Positions 1 through 11,812 of a stretch of DNA of 64,000 nt are shown piece by piece. The DNA is from Schizochytrium sp. TIO01 (lineage: Eukaryota > Protista > Bigyra: Labyrinthulomycetes), in NCBI GenBank assembly GCA_004764695.1, contig SMSO01000014.1:3974961-4038960 (forward strand), read 5' to 3'. A model generated the notes under the pieces. That model was not told the DNA's origin and made no database searches. It saw only the letters and a list, made by a program, of their open reading frames with translations. Position 1 is the stretch's first letter. Every line of letters starts with the position of its first letter. Made by a program: the position numbers and the translations under genes.

Positions 1-1747
1 GTTTAGCGTGTGTGTGGGTCGTAACACCTACAAAACGAAGATTGTGCCATCATTGCGAATCGAGGCTTTGATTCTTTGATGTGATCATCATAATTAATTC
101 TGTATTCTAAAATATATGTATCTTTCTAAGTCTTTTAAGTTTTAAAAATCACTTGCACATACTATAGTAGTAATATGATTTTTTTAATTTGCTTCAAAAG
201 AAACAAATTATTAATTGGACAATCATTACAATTGATTATAATAAACAAAAGACAAAAGAAAGCTGTGCTTAGTTTTTGGTTTCCAAATGGCCATGTGAAA
301 CCGAAGCGTGAAGAAAAAAAGCTTCTGAGCTGGGACGTCAAAGCAAGATGAAATGTCGTAAGAAAACTATGTTATCTGATACCTTTTTAGTTGTTCTGAT
401 CTGTGAAAAAAGCGAGTGATACGACTTGATTTATTTAAGCCAGTGCTTACTTGAAAAATAATAATAAAAGTAAAAAAGTAAAAGAAAGAAGTAAAAGTAT
501 GTCTTCATTTTGATGTGTTGAGCTCTCCAACTCTTGAGCTCTCAAAGCATAAACTTAGTGCCCTGATCGGACCAGCATTCGTTCTCTCTCGTGTACGTAA
601 TTCATGTATAATTCATTATTCTAAGATGTGATTTGATTAGTGTAGGTCAAGAAACAAACAACTGCCAAGTGGCACAGTAAATGGCCTAATCCACCACCGT
701 TCATGGCTGGCATATCTGTAAAATAAACCCAGTATATCTATTATAAATATAGCATATCTGGAACCACACAAATCCAGGCTGGAGGGCAGTTAGACCTCTT
801 TACCATGATAGCCCCTTTTCATAATAAGTCCTATTTTATTTTTTCCCATCTTGTACCTTGACTTTCGCTTCAGCATGAGAGGTGGCTCAGAGTGAGGATG
901 CCAGAGTAAATGAAAGAGAATCCTCTCTGAGAGGCCACTATTTAGCTTCCTACGATTTTTGAAGAAACAGTTTTCATGTAAAAAATCCTCTCTTGTACCT
1001 ACTTCTTGTACCCATAACTACTGCTACTACATACTACCTATCTATGTCTTTCTCGAAGGAAGGTGCTAGTAGGCATTCTTAGCAGTAACATCTATGCAGG
1101 TAGGTAATGGTCCAATGTGCGATGAAGTGAAATCTTGAGTGTATAGCAAATCCTTGATATTTCATTTGTGCAAAGTGTAAAGTAGACACCTACACCCAAG
1201 CTGAGCAGTAAGAGCTATTCATGCTTCCACGCAAAGCTAGAACAATGACGCAGTGAATGATTAGTAAGTGATCTTCAAAATTTAAGAGTAAACCTCTCTT
1301 GAAGGGGGTTTCAGGTGACCAGTTCCTTTAAAAACTAAAGAGCGCCATGATCTTCCTGAATTGCTCTTCAATGCAATGCAGGCTAGAATTCCCATAACAT
1401 AAATGCGTGCTATGTACCATACAACTTGCTGTTGTCAATGTTATCATGCCCTTTTATTCTTTTCTTTTTAACAATAAGGGAAGGGGAAACAGATATGTGT
1501 TATCATGAAATATATTTCGAAGACTACTCGGAGCCAACTACCTTCATCGCACGGCATTTGCTTCTACGCTGAAGACAATGATAAGATTCTAATATTAAAA
1601 AATTAAAAAATGCATTTAAAACGGGATTAATTCTTCTTCCATGAATGATTTTATTTGATTTTTCTAGGATGTATTATTATTTGTTTTTAATGACATCGGT
1701 ATGTAGCTGTTGAAAATTTACACAACGCTCGTAAAGGTAGCGTTTTT

Positions 1748-3109
1748 TCATATAGTAACAATATATTGCATAAATGCTTCTTCATACTCGGCCCTGAGCC
1801 TTTGTAAGGATTCTGTATACGCACAATATGACAAAACAAGGAATACAGAATCATGGCCTTCGATGCTGGCAACTATTGCAGAAGATTGGCCTTTGAGAGC
1901 TCGCACATCTTTACGAAGGAAATTCTTACGCACCTCCTTTCCAGACCAAACATCAATAATGCTGGTGATATTCCCACTTGCAGAAATGCCAAGCAAGCCG
2001 GGGTCAACACGGATGGAATCAGGTGCTGCACCACGAGGATTGTCATTAAGAATAAGGAGAGCTGCTCGATCACCGCTAAGAGGCTTGGTCCAGACCTGGA
2101 GGGCCCTCCCTTGTGAGCCAGTTGTTTGATAGACCATAGAACCCGGATGCCCTGCCCACTCCTGGTTAATTGCAATGGCAAGTTTGTTAGATATAATCGG
2201 CCAAATCTCTTGTGTGATGGATGAGTTTGTTATTTTGTAGCCAAGAATTAGAGGAGAGCTCACAATACACCACGCAGCAAAATGAGCTTTATTCTCACGA
2301 GAATCCTTGAGTAAACCTACCTCCAGCATGTCGGGATATGCCCAACATCCAGGTCGGGAGATAGGGGCCTTACCTTGGTATGGGATTGTGGTCTGGAGGT
2401 TAGCAAACATGGATTCCCAACTCGCGGAAATATCGCCACTAGTTCGGAACATGTGGTATGGACAATCACGAAGGGTGGGCACTGTTCTCCCCCAGTGGCA
2501 GTTTTCAATCATCATTTTACCTGCGTGCATCCCCTGGTTAAATAGTTGGTAATATATATTAAGATCCCAAAATGCACCGCAACCGTCCAGCTTGGTGGAA
2601 TCAAATCCGTACAGAAAATGAGCCTTTACATCACCAATATAATGGGCATTGTTGGACCAAACATTTTTTTTTTCTGCGCAAATACAGTTGTTACCATACC
2701 AACCAGCTTTGAGTCCGAGGGCATGGATGTCATCTGTCATCTTTTTTAGGTCAGGGAAGAGTTCGGTGTTGATGAGAGGCATCCCCTGTTGATCATGAAA
2801 AGTATTGTGGAACCCTTTGTTACAGGCTTGCCAATTATCATCGAGGCCAACGTCATTGAACCCAAGGTCAAGGAGAGATATGCCTCCTGTGTTTACTGGA
2901 CGGCCATTTACATCACGTTTTTGTGCGATCTCCCTGGCGGCCTTTACAATGATGTCTTGGCTTACTTTATCGTGGTATGCATTCCAGGATCGCCAGCCCA
3001 TGGGCGGAGTCCTTGCAAGTCCATCTTCAGCAGCCTCTATCATGTCAAGCGAACCAAGTCCGAGGATGCAGAGTATCCCAAGCCAGATAAGATCTACGAT
3101 CCCCTTCAT
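1748..3109 (-). CDS. Secreted GH27 alpha-galactosidase / alpha-N-acetylgalactosaminidase
   Basis: 453-aa ORF with signal peptide. GH27 motifs: GLARTPPMGWRSWN, LDDNWQ, KLDGC (nucleophile Asp), FRTSGDI (acid/base Asp), WAYPDMLEVG, HFAAWCIVSSPLILG. Confidence 0.93.
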   Translation of the reverse strand: MKGIVDLIWLGILCILGLGSLDMIEAAEDGLARTPPMGWRSWNAYHDKVSQDIIVKAAREIAQKRDVNGRPVNTGGISLLDLGFNDVGLDDNWQACNKGFHNTFHDQQGMPLINTELFPDLKKMTDDIHALGLKAGWYGNNCICAEKKNVWSNNAHYIGDVKAHFLYGFDSTKLDGCGAFWDLNIYYQLFNQGMHAGKMMIENCHWGRTVPTLRDCPYHMFRTSGDISASWESMFANLQTTIPYQGKAPISRPGCWAYPDMLEVGLLKDSRENKAHFAAWCIVSSPLILGYKITNSSITQEIWPIISNKLAIAINQEWAGHPGSMVYQTTGSQGRALQVWTKPLSGDRAALLILNDNPRGAAPDSIRVDPGLLGISASGNITSIIDVWSGKEVRKNFLRKDVRALKGQSSAIVASIEGHDSVFLVLSYCAYTESLQRLRAEYEEAFMQYIVTI

Positions 3110-3603
3110 TCTTCCAGTTTCTTTTCAAGGTTGGTCAACTCTATGCCCTATCCTATCTCACCAGAAGAACCTCGCTTGACTACTGTCAAGTCACCACGTG
3201 TGCAGATCGACGCACAGCAACGCCAATTTAGTCCCTTGCAAAGGTGGCTAGCCTCGTCGTGGATAGCGATCTATAATCTAGAGTATATCCGGGACTTTAA
3301 AAGTTCATAATAATTCGTTATACTAAAATATAAATATGTAGGCCATCATTGGTATTTATAACGCCAGAACAGTTTAATAATATTTTTTCCAAAAGTAAGA
3401 GAACAGAGTATGATTGAGCTTAATGTAGAGGTTATGTGTTCTTATGCACACATGTGTTAAATACCCCCAACAAAACTTTGTGAATGCCCTTCAAGCTCAT
3501 ATACATAGATTCACGAATCAAGAAGAATTGTTTTGTTTTAAAGATAAAATAGGGCTTCATGTAATTGTTGATATTTGACCTCTTAGTTTTTAAACTATAA
3601 AAT

Positions 3604-3687
3604 TTGCAAAACTTGCATTTCATAGAAGGAGCAAGACTCCATCACGAGCTAGTTAGACTAACCCGCGACTCAATGAAATGATTTTTT
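3604..3687 (-). ncRNA. Candidate Fanzor omegaRNA scaffold (part)
   Basis: Just downstream of the Fanzor stop on the - strand: hairpin CGCGGGUUAGU-CUA-ACUAGCUCGUG (3643-3667, 11 bp with G-U pairs), GGAG-UCUUG-CUCC (3628-3640) and UGCAA-GUU-UUGCA (3605-3617). The position fits omegaRNA loci; boundaries unknown. Confidence 0.4.
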
Positions 3688-5625
3688 TTAAATCATGTCC
3701 TTGGATAGGTAGCGTAAAAGGATGCCTCTTGCGGCATGGACATCACGGTCTGCTACATGGTTGCACTTGGGATTAGGGCATTGGAAAATCTTGGATGCCC
3801 CGAGGTTATGGTGGAGGGTACCACACTCATTGCATGTTTTGGAAGTGTAACTTTCTTGGCAAAGAACAAGCTTGCACCACGGGAACATCTCAGCCTTATG
3901 AATGAGAGCCTGGCGGAACCCAAAATGGGACCAACGACACATCATTCGAACAGACTTCTTGGATATCCGTCGCTCCATCCTCCTGCTCATCTTAGAGGTT
4001 TCGAATTTGGGCAAGAGAATAACACGATAGTTTTCACAAAGCCAAAGCGCGAGCTTGCGGTGAATCTCAGTGATCTTGTTCTTGATCTTGAGTTGGGCGC
4101 GATAGAAGGCGCGCTTCAAGGGGGTGTTGAAATTGTCTTTATCACTGGATGCAGTTTTCTTTTTATCAATGCTGCTTTGGATCTTATCAACGCGGCGACA
4201 GAGATAGAATATGGTTCTAAAATCTTTCCCTGTGCCCCATTCAATGGCGCGGCCATCGGCGTCATACATCGTCTGAAACGAGCGAACACCCGGGTCTAGA
4301 GCAATGACACCATGGTGCGCCTTGGGTGCCTGGTCCATTGGACGCTTTTTTTCTTCTCGTAAGAAGCAGAAGTAGACATGCCCAAGGCGATTCATTTGCA
4401 CACGCATGGCGTTCGAAATCTGGTCGGGGAACTTTTCTTTACGTATTCGGAATTCTTTTAGAAAGTTGGAGGTCTTTGATTTCTTCGCATTCCAGGTACG
4501 TGCATTCACTTCGAAAATCTGTGATTCATCACGCTTGGTCCGAAACTTCTAAAAAGATTGCTCATGGACTTTCTTTTGTACAGCGAGTTCTTCGTTTTTG
4601 GCTCGTCCCGAGTTAATAGCCTTGAAGAAATCCAGAATCCCGGAATCACGGATAGCCTGTGGGACCTCGAGAACCCATTTAGGAGCATCATGTCTTTCTT
4701 TATATCGGACGGCCTTCAGTTCTCCACCAAGGGCCCCATGTGTTTTTGGATTCCCATCTTCATCTACCAAAACCTGCTTCGTCTTGGGATCCTTTCTAAT
4801 ACACGCTTCTTGATGCAATTTGATGGCTTCTTCCTCGCCCTTCGCCACATCTCGGTGAAACGCAACGCCAATATTGTAGGCTCTTCTAGTGACACCAAAC
4901 CATTTAAGCAACTGTGTACGTTGATCTTTAGTAGGATATACCCTAACCTTTCTGGCACGGACAAGGTTATATTCTTTCTTGATGGTCTTGCGCGCCTTCG
5001 TGCGAGCTCGCTTCTTCCTCGCTGCGTCGTCGCCGTCTATTTTGCGCTGCTCGTTTTCCGTGATGCGATGCCACAAAGACGGTGATGATTCCGAGGAGGT
5101 CTTTGGTGAAGGTGTCTGAGTCTCCGGCATGTGCATCTTGGCCGTGTACCACGAGTTTGACATTTTATCTTTCGAAAAGGTGTTCCAAGAGGTCGACTGC
5201 GATTCGCGCAAGTCGGTCGCGGTGCATGACCACAACTTGGCCGATTCCGCCGCGGTCACAGGCGTCCAGTAGGGAGCACAGACCTTGGCGTTTGAAATTG
5301 ACCCCGCTACCGATGTCTTTGTAGACGGCGGAAGCATCTGGGTAGGCGCGCTGGAGATCGCCAACCTGGCGTTCGAGGTCCTCCTTTTGCTTGACCGAGG
5401 ACACTCTGGCGTAGATAACGGTACATCCAGAGCTGCGTTGCTCGCGGCCGGTGGAACCGCAATCAAAGATGCGCTCAACATCGTCGCTGGCATAGATGCG
5501 CTTGCCTCCGGGGAAGCGCGCGAAGCGCACGCGTCCGCCGTCGGCCCAGCCCCGAAGGGCGCTTGCTGAGACCCCAAACTTCCGGTGAAAGAACTTTGCT
5601 GGTTTGTATTCGAGGTTTGCTCCAC
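3688..5625 (-). pseudogene. Fanzor2 / TnpB-family RNA-guided nuclease with one in-frame TAG (4549-4551)
   Basis: ORFs 4549-5625 and 3688-4509 are in the same frame (...HEQSF*KFRTKRDESQIFEVNARTW...). HTH region RKVRVYPTKDQRTQLLKWFGVTRRAYN; RuvC-I IALDPGVRSF; LPKFET; SYTSKTCNECG...CPNPKC zinc finger; RuvC-III DRDVHAARGIL. Confidence 0.9.
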
Positions 5626-5665
5626 TTGCAGTGTTTGGAGCTTGTCGGTTCCTCGGCCTCCCCAT
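4967..5665 (-). pseudogene. IS607-family serine recombinase (TnpA) with one in-frame TAA (5165-5167)
   Basis: MerR-like HTH (FGVSASALRGWADGG...GGKRIY), catalytic YARVSS, DIGSGVNFKRQGL, HRDRLAR. The frame continues past the stop as NVKLVVHGQD...DLLGIITVFVASHHGKR, the typical IS607 TnpA C-terminus. Confidence 0.9.
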
Positions 5666-6431
5666 TTTCTTATCTAACCTCTACTTCTTATTAATAATCT
5701 AACTAAACATAATATATGGTTAATATGAAACAATCACATCGAAATATAAGTTATCGAACTTTTAACGTTTTTTGTTATACCTGTTCCTTTTACACTTATA
5801 GTTAACAATAGACCACTACTAGCTTCGGGTTTAAATCAAATTTAAAATGTGGTTCTGTGGACATATTGTTAGATCATTGTTCTGTAGAGTTTCTTCTAGC
5901 AGCGAAGCGCTCTTCAGATCGAAGCTGTAACAGGGATATACGCTTCTTTGAAACTGAAGTTGAGACGAAAAGGAAACCTCAGAAGGAATTATACTCTGAG
6001 TCTCAATTGATTTTCAAGGTGTCGTTACCGCGTTGCAGAGAACACCATATGATAACGCTGAAGGTCAGGAATAGAAGGTTGCTCCATATGAGACAATGAA
6101 ATTTAAAAACGAAAATCTCGTCTGCTCCCATTGAAACGACGCAAACAATAGACTCTGTTGGCAGTTCATGAATTCTGACCCCAAGGGTCCACATTTTGGC
6201 ATGAGAAGACCAATGCATATTGTTTGTTTCAGGGTTTTCATAAAATTACAATATCTTTTGACAATACCACAATATAATCAGATGCGTGGTGAAAGGACAT
6301 TTGATTTGGGTGGCGCTGTGCCGTATTAAACTTTATCCCGATTGCTCTGTTTAAACATGTAAATGTTTGTTATCATGATATTTGCTGTATTACTGCTTAT
6401 GGTTTACTCTTGACTTGCAAAGTTCAGTAGA

Positions 6432-8960
6432 CTACATATTCAGGGATGGTCCCTTCAGCGGCTCAATACGTGAATTGGTGATGTCCTCGTCTTCCAATGC
6501 TTCGCTGTTTTGTAGAATGTTATTTTCTGAGATACTTACGGTGGCAATAAATGAAGTATTTCTATCCTCAGGTTTGCGCAGCCTGCTTCTCGCCGTCTGA
6601 TTGAATGACTTATGTTGATTTGATGCAAGAGAAGGTGATGTTTCATCAAGAGCAAGAAGATCTCTAACTGAGCTCTGTGGTGTGGGAGGTGTGTGATGAT
6701 GGACCAATTCAGCTTCTGTAGGTCGTGGGCGCTCAGGAAGTGATCGCGAGGACAACTTGATCACCGTTTCCATAGAAGAGGACTTGGGTACATGCGAGGA
6801 TCGCTGTTCCGCATAGTTGCAAACATTTAGCCCGAGAACGGCTGCAGTAGAAGGATGAGCTCCTTCTTGTCTGGTCTCGTCGTTATCATTATCAGGTCCT
6901 TGAACAATCTCAGACAACTGACGTGCGATACTTCGATTATGAGGGCTTGAAGCAACTTCTTGAGAGGACTCTCCCAGCTCTGTATCGTTGCCCGTGTTCA
7001 AATCGTCCTGTTCTTTAGATGAGCACTGGTTTTGGTTTGTACTACTAATATCGCGTTTGCAAGCCGAAACAAACGACCAAAGCAATTTCGCCTTTGCCCC
7101 AACCCCATGAGGTAGCGAAAACTGGAGCTCGCACTCTTTGTAGATAATTATCACCCCAATTACAACAGTCCAAATGGTAATAATATCCTTCACAGCTCGA
7201 TTGACTTGAAGCAAGTCAATACCAAAGTATATTTGAATGTACGCAACAATCGGTAGGATGCGACCAATTATACGGTGAACTGGACGAATAAATGCTTGAC
7301 GAACACGTGTAAGTATAAAGACGATGACTCGGGGAGGCACGAACGGTATTCCCGACGACACTGTCTTTTCTACATAAGTTTTGATCTCAACTATAAGATC
7401 TTCAGGGAGTTCTTCAAGATGATGATATAGTCTATGCAATAATTCTTGAGGCCCATTATCCATTTCTTTAAACTTTGAAAACACAGACTCGGCGCCATCG
7501 GAAAGTTCAGCCCCTGAATACGACATTGTAACGCGCTTTGAGTATTTGGAACAAAGGTATGCAGAAGTACCAAGGCCAGCTTGAAGAAGCGATGTATAAA
7601 CCAGAATAGTACCCAGAACAGCATGCGATGACTGAAAGTGTTTATCAACAAAACGCTGAGCTAAATAATAGCCAGGTAAAGTGAGCACAGTATTAATACC
7701 TTGGATAATTTTATGAGCTCCGAGCCACCATGCTGTGTGACGCTCATAGCGCGCAATCATGGCACCTACACAAATATTTATTCCCCAGATCATATACATG
7801 AGCATGCCGTGCGCTACCTGGAGATCCCTCTTATCTCGATTTCCAGCAATAGCAAGCCTTCCCCCACTTCCTGATAGATCAGCTTCTAAGATGTATCCAC
7901 GGTTGGTCGGCGCGTGGCGTTTTAAGAAGGAGTTAGATCCAGCCTTTGGCATAGATGCTACATTTTGAAATGACCAAATAAGATTCTCGTATTGTTTTGA
8001 GAAAGCTTTATCTTGGTTGTCAGGGTCAGTTTCCCAGCGCAAGCGTTTTTCACACACCAATGTGACTGATCCGTTCTCCATAACTGCCGATACGAGCTCC
8101 ACATCTTGTACGATATCGAGCTCTGGTCCAGCATAACGACTCCCGCTTCCTCGTGTGAAAAAGTCACCACAAAATGGAGTTCCATCGAGCTCCGCAGCAA
8201 TCACCATATCTGCGTTGAGCATGCTTTCGCCAAAACCAAGGCCCAGAAATTGACCTCTAGGGAAAACAAAGGTTATTTGTAGATAAGTAGCATGTTCAAT
8301 GAGTTGAACTGAAGTACCCGTGGCGTCGAGAAGATTAAGCTGCAGAGAGTGTGTTGGCGAGAGCGTGTAAATGCTACCTTCGCATTGCTCCTCTACTTGT
8401 CCAAGCTCAAGTAAAGAGTCTACTGTCTGATTCCAAGACCATGGGTCTACGGTGCTCAGAGGTGCGCCCTGCCAAAGACCATGTACGTTGCAATATGCAT
8501 AAGGCACAATGACTCCTCCGAGATCCCCGAGTAGGTCTGCGGTAATGTCTACAACTGTATCTCCAAGTTCACAAACAGCAGCGTAGAGAATGCTGCCATC
8601 AACTTGGTCACGTACATAGACATACTCGATAATGTGAACATATTCTACAAGTATATCTGGCTTCCATACCATCTCATGAGGCACACGTATAGCCACTGTT
8701 TTATCTGAGGCCTGCCACATTTGCGGGATATGTCGCTCGGCAAGGTCTTGAGAGTCGTCTACTTTGGGCCATTCTGTACTGTTGAACCATCTCTCGCCAT
8801 CTCCACTTTCTTGTACAAAAGGCAAGGAGGAATGGTTTAGTTCGAGTTCACTTACTAGCTCTGCCCACTCGCTTTGCGGCAGAACACGAAGTGCTTTGGT
8901 CCTAAATGGAAGGCCCAGGAGCAATGCCACAAGCCTTATAAACGAGCTTGAAGGCACCAT
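6432..8960 (-). CDS. Superoxide reductase-like (desulfoferrodoxin) + DOMON + cytochrome b561 membrane protein
   Basis: 842-aa ORF with signal peptide. SOR ligands HIP, PHEM, HII, YCNVHGLW. DOMON motifs GLGFGESMLNADMVIA and KRHA. b561 His motifs AHGMLM, AHKIIQ, SHAVLG, VHRIIG within TM helices. Low-complexity C-terminal tail. Confidence 0.82.
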   Translation of the reverse strand: MVPSSSFIRLVALLLGLPFRTKALRVLPQSEWAELVSELELNHSSLPFVQESGDGERWFNSTEWPKVDDSQDLAERHIPQMWQASDKTVAIRVPHEMVWKPDILVEYVHIIEYVYVRDQVDGSILYAAVCELGDTVVDITADLLGDLGGVIVPYAYCNVHGLWQGAPLSTVDPWSWNQTVDSLLELGQVEEQCEGSIYTLSPTHSLQLNLLDATGTSVQLIEHATYLQITFVFPRGQFLGLGFGESMLNADMVIAAELDGTPFCGDFFTRGSGSRYAGPELDIVQDVELVSAVMENGSVTLVCEKRLRWETDPDNQDKAFSKQYENLIWSFQNVASMPKAGSNSFLKRHAPTNRGYILEADLSGSGGRLAIAGNRDKRDLQVAHGMLMYMIWGINICVGAMIARYERHTAWWLGAHKIIQGINTVLTLPGYYLAQRFVDKHFQSSHAVLGTILVYTSLLQAGLGTSAYLCSKYSKRVTMSYSGAELSDGAESVFSKFKEMDNGPQELLHRLYHHLEELPEDLIVEIKTYVEKTVSSGIPFVPPRVIVFILTRVRQAFIRPVHRIIGRILPIVAYIQIYFGIDLLQVNRAVKDIITIWTVVIGVIIIYKECELQFSLPHGVGAKAKLLWSFVSACKRDISSTNQNQCSSKEQDDLNTGNDTELGESSQEVASSPHNRSIARQLSEIVQGPDNDNDETRQEGAHPSTAAVLGLNVCNYAEQRSSHVPKSSSMETVIKLSSRSLPERPRPTEAELVHHHTPPTPQSSVRDLLALDETSPSLASNQHKSFNQTARSRLRKPEDRNTSFIATVSISENNILQNSEALEDEDITNSRIEPLKGPSLNM

Positions 8961-11812
8961 GACTTCACGAAAGACTCGTTTTCCTATAGATCTGGGCAGA
9001 GGTTATGCTTTGTTGCAGTGTTCGTTGCCTGCCCGAGTGACAAAACTCAGAAACGACAATGAAAATGATCCAAAGCAACCACAACCCGTTAAATGGTTTT
9101 GGGTAAGCTGGTTCGAGAGTGCGAGCGTTTCTCAGTCCGCAGTTAGTTCTTCTGAGAGTGCTTCGTTGCTCTCGAGTTGTGTGTCTTGCCGTGTTACAAT
9201 GTGTTTGTTCCCATGCACGCCTGGCGCTTTCCAAGAGCTTATGGCTAAGCTCGCCACAGATCTGCATCAAGGTGATTGCCTCAGATCCCCTTGTTGATTT
9301 GCAAAAGTCACTTGAAGGCCTTCATCACTCACTTGCTCCAAGATACTAGGTACCAGGTATTACCCATCTCACCTATTTAGTTCGTATAATATCAAGACCA
9401 TGCTATATCCACGTAGTCCCTAGTAGAATACTCTTTCCTATCGCTGTGCGTACATGATGGCCATCATTGTCATGGACCATACATTACTACGTGTGTTGAG
9501 GGTCATCTTTTCGAGTGCAAGTTTCAAGTTACTGAGAAGCTAGGTACTCTACTAAGGAGCTGGGAAGCTAGCTAGTTTTTTTCTACTTATCATCTGCGGA
9601 CCGTGCATCCTTTCGGGAATTATTGATGAGCCATTCTAAAAAATGTTCATCAACCCGTGTTTGGGATCGGCCCTGTTGTACGAAGGACCTCCACATCTGT
9701 CCTCATGGCCGCCTCGTATGCAAATGGCATTAGTTCCAGTACAAGATAGAATGCCAGCGCGGTGTCCACCACTGCCAGTGCTCAGCAATCCCAATTTTGA
9801 GGAAAACTTTCTATTTATAATTACACTTGGAACTCGGGAGTGCATTTTGTAGCAGCAGAATGCCACAATAGTTTTCGCGCTGGCCTTGCTGAAGGCTCTA
9901 GAGCAGCTGCAGGCCAAGCTGACCTTAAAGCCATCGAGCGACTTGGAAGGGATGATTAACTACCGGCGATCAGAACCTGTACCAGTCTCGGATTGAAGGC
10001 ACTCGAGGCGCGCGCGGTGTGAACGAACCTTCTACTGGCTAAAAATAGCATCAGACGCATAACAATGTTCGATTCGGGTAAAAAAAATGAAAATAAGTTA
10101 TCTCTAGCTAGAGAAAAATATATATGAAGTAAATTATCTGTTTACTTTTTTGACTAATAGCGCCTCGCCCTAATAGCGCTGGGCAAAGTCCTGTATTAGT
10201 GCATACGATGTATCCAAACATTTACGTGGTGCGAATACTATTGCACTCACTTTCCATGTTTTTCTATTAGATATGTGTGAAAGCTTTGAAGTAGGCTGTG
10301 CTTTTAGAACTTGATCTTGTAGCCAAGTAAATGATTGCAGTACTTTACTATTAGGTTTGCATCTAGGCATAAACAGCTCAGCTTAGTAATCCTACTCTAG
10401 AGAGCATATATGCATTAACTTGGAGCTTTACTCAGCGTCAAAGGATTGATATAATTACCTCTGACTAGTGAGAGCGTTACGAAGTCCTCGCCCCATCAAT
10501 CCACATTTATTATGGGATGATACACAAAAAACCTTCATTGATCTCGCCCTTTTAGCTAATGTAAAATTAGCAAGCAACTATTTTGATTAAAGCCCTTTGT
10601 AACGGATCACGATTCCAGTATTGGCCCGACTAGAAAATCAAGATTAAAAAAGCACGATAAACAAACAGAAAGGAAAATCTGTTGATTGACAGCACAACAG
10701 TGTAGTATCTCGAAGCGAGAAATCAGTCCTAAATAATCTTTGTGCGACGAGAATAATTGTATTGGTTGAAAACAGCGCATGTATACTTATTTGTGAGGGA
10801 TGATCAATTACCAAAATAATTAACCATCATAGTTATTTCGGTCGCTGTAAGCGATCAATTGAGCTGGCAAGGATGCTGTACAACATCACCATTGAGAAGC
10901 GCAATCATCATTTCTTCAAATGTTGTGCACAAATGTTGACAGTCTTCTTGATAAGACTTCTTTAGCACCTTTGAAATTCTACTATTATTAAGTTGAGCTG
11001 CAAGCTAACTTACCACTAAGACGGAATAGATGGTCTATAGAGATACCTGAGTGCACCTTTGCGATTTTTGTAAAGGTGGTCAAGGGAGCACTGACACCGT
11101 GACTACAACTTAGAATCATTTTTAAAAAATAGTTTTTAGAAAGGAAAAGAGTTCTTGACTCACCCATCGAAAAGAAGCCATTCAGAATTAAAAGATCAAT
11201 CTACCGTAAAGTTGGATACGATATAACTATGACTTTGCAACTTGGTGACTTTGCACCTCTGAAGTTCCAAATAAGTAGACCTTGAGGCTCCGCCCGTGGT
11301 AACTTTGAAGTCATCCATCTCTACTCTAGCTGGAGATGAAAAACAATTAACTATGAAAGTACCAGCTAGAGTAAGACTTCGATTACCATCTATAATAATG
11401 TACCCAAATGGCAGTGTGCACCAGGGTCTTAGTGTTAAATACTAGTAGGAGATAGGGAGTCATCGCAACGGTGCACGCGCGGAGGAGCACTCCGCGCGCT
11501 GGTAAATTTAGTATAGAGATAGCTCTAGCTGGTTTTCAAAACCTTCCACTACTCTTAGAGTTAAACTGATCAGCGCATAAAGGGAAATGGTCTCAATTTT
11601 AGGTAGGTACTAGATACTGCAAGTTGAAGTTGGGAGACACGTTTAAAACTGCCAATTATGTATATAGGTAGATACACCTATCTACCTTCGTGCACCATGG
11701 AAATTGCAAAACCAAATCATCAGTGGAGCCTTCGTGACGAGGCTCAGGCAAAGCGGGCTTTCGTTGCTCTTCTGGGCGAAACAAAGCAGGAAGCTCAGTA
11801 GCGTATCAACTA

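Larger units (their letters stand above)
3600..5700 (-). mobile_element. IS607-like element carrying serine-recombinase TnpA and Fanzor2 (TnpB-like); ends approximate
   Basis: An overlapping serine resolvase and RuvC/zinc-finger nuclease pair in the IS607 order. GC-rich relative to AT-rich flanks. Exact termini not resolved. Confidence 0.85.

Noticed and set aside
4549-5167. Stop-codon reassignment as the explanation for the in-frame TAG and TAA in the Fanzor element
   Set aside because: Other genes in the window end at TAA, TAG or TGA normally and have no internal stops, so ordinary nonsense mutations are more parsimonious.
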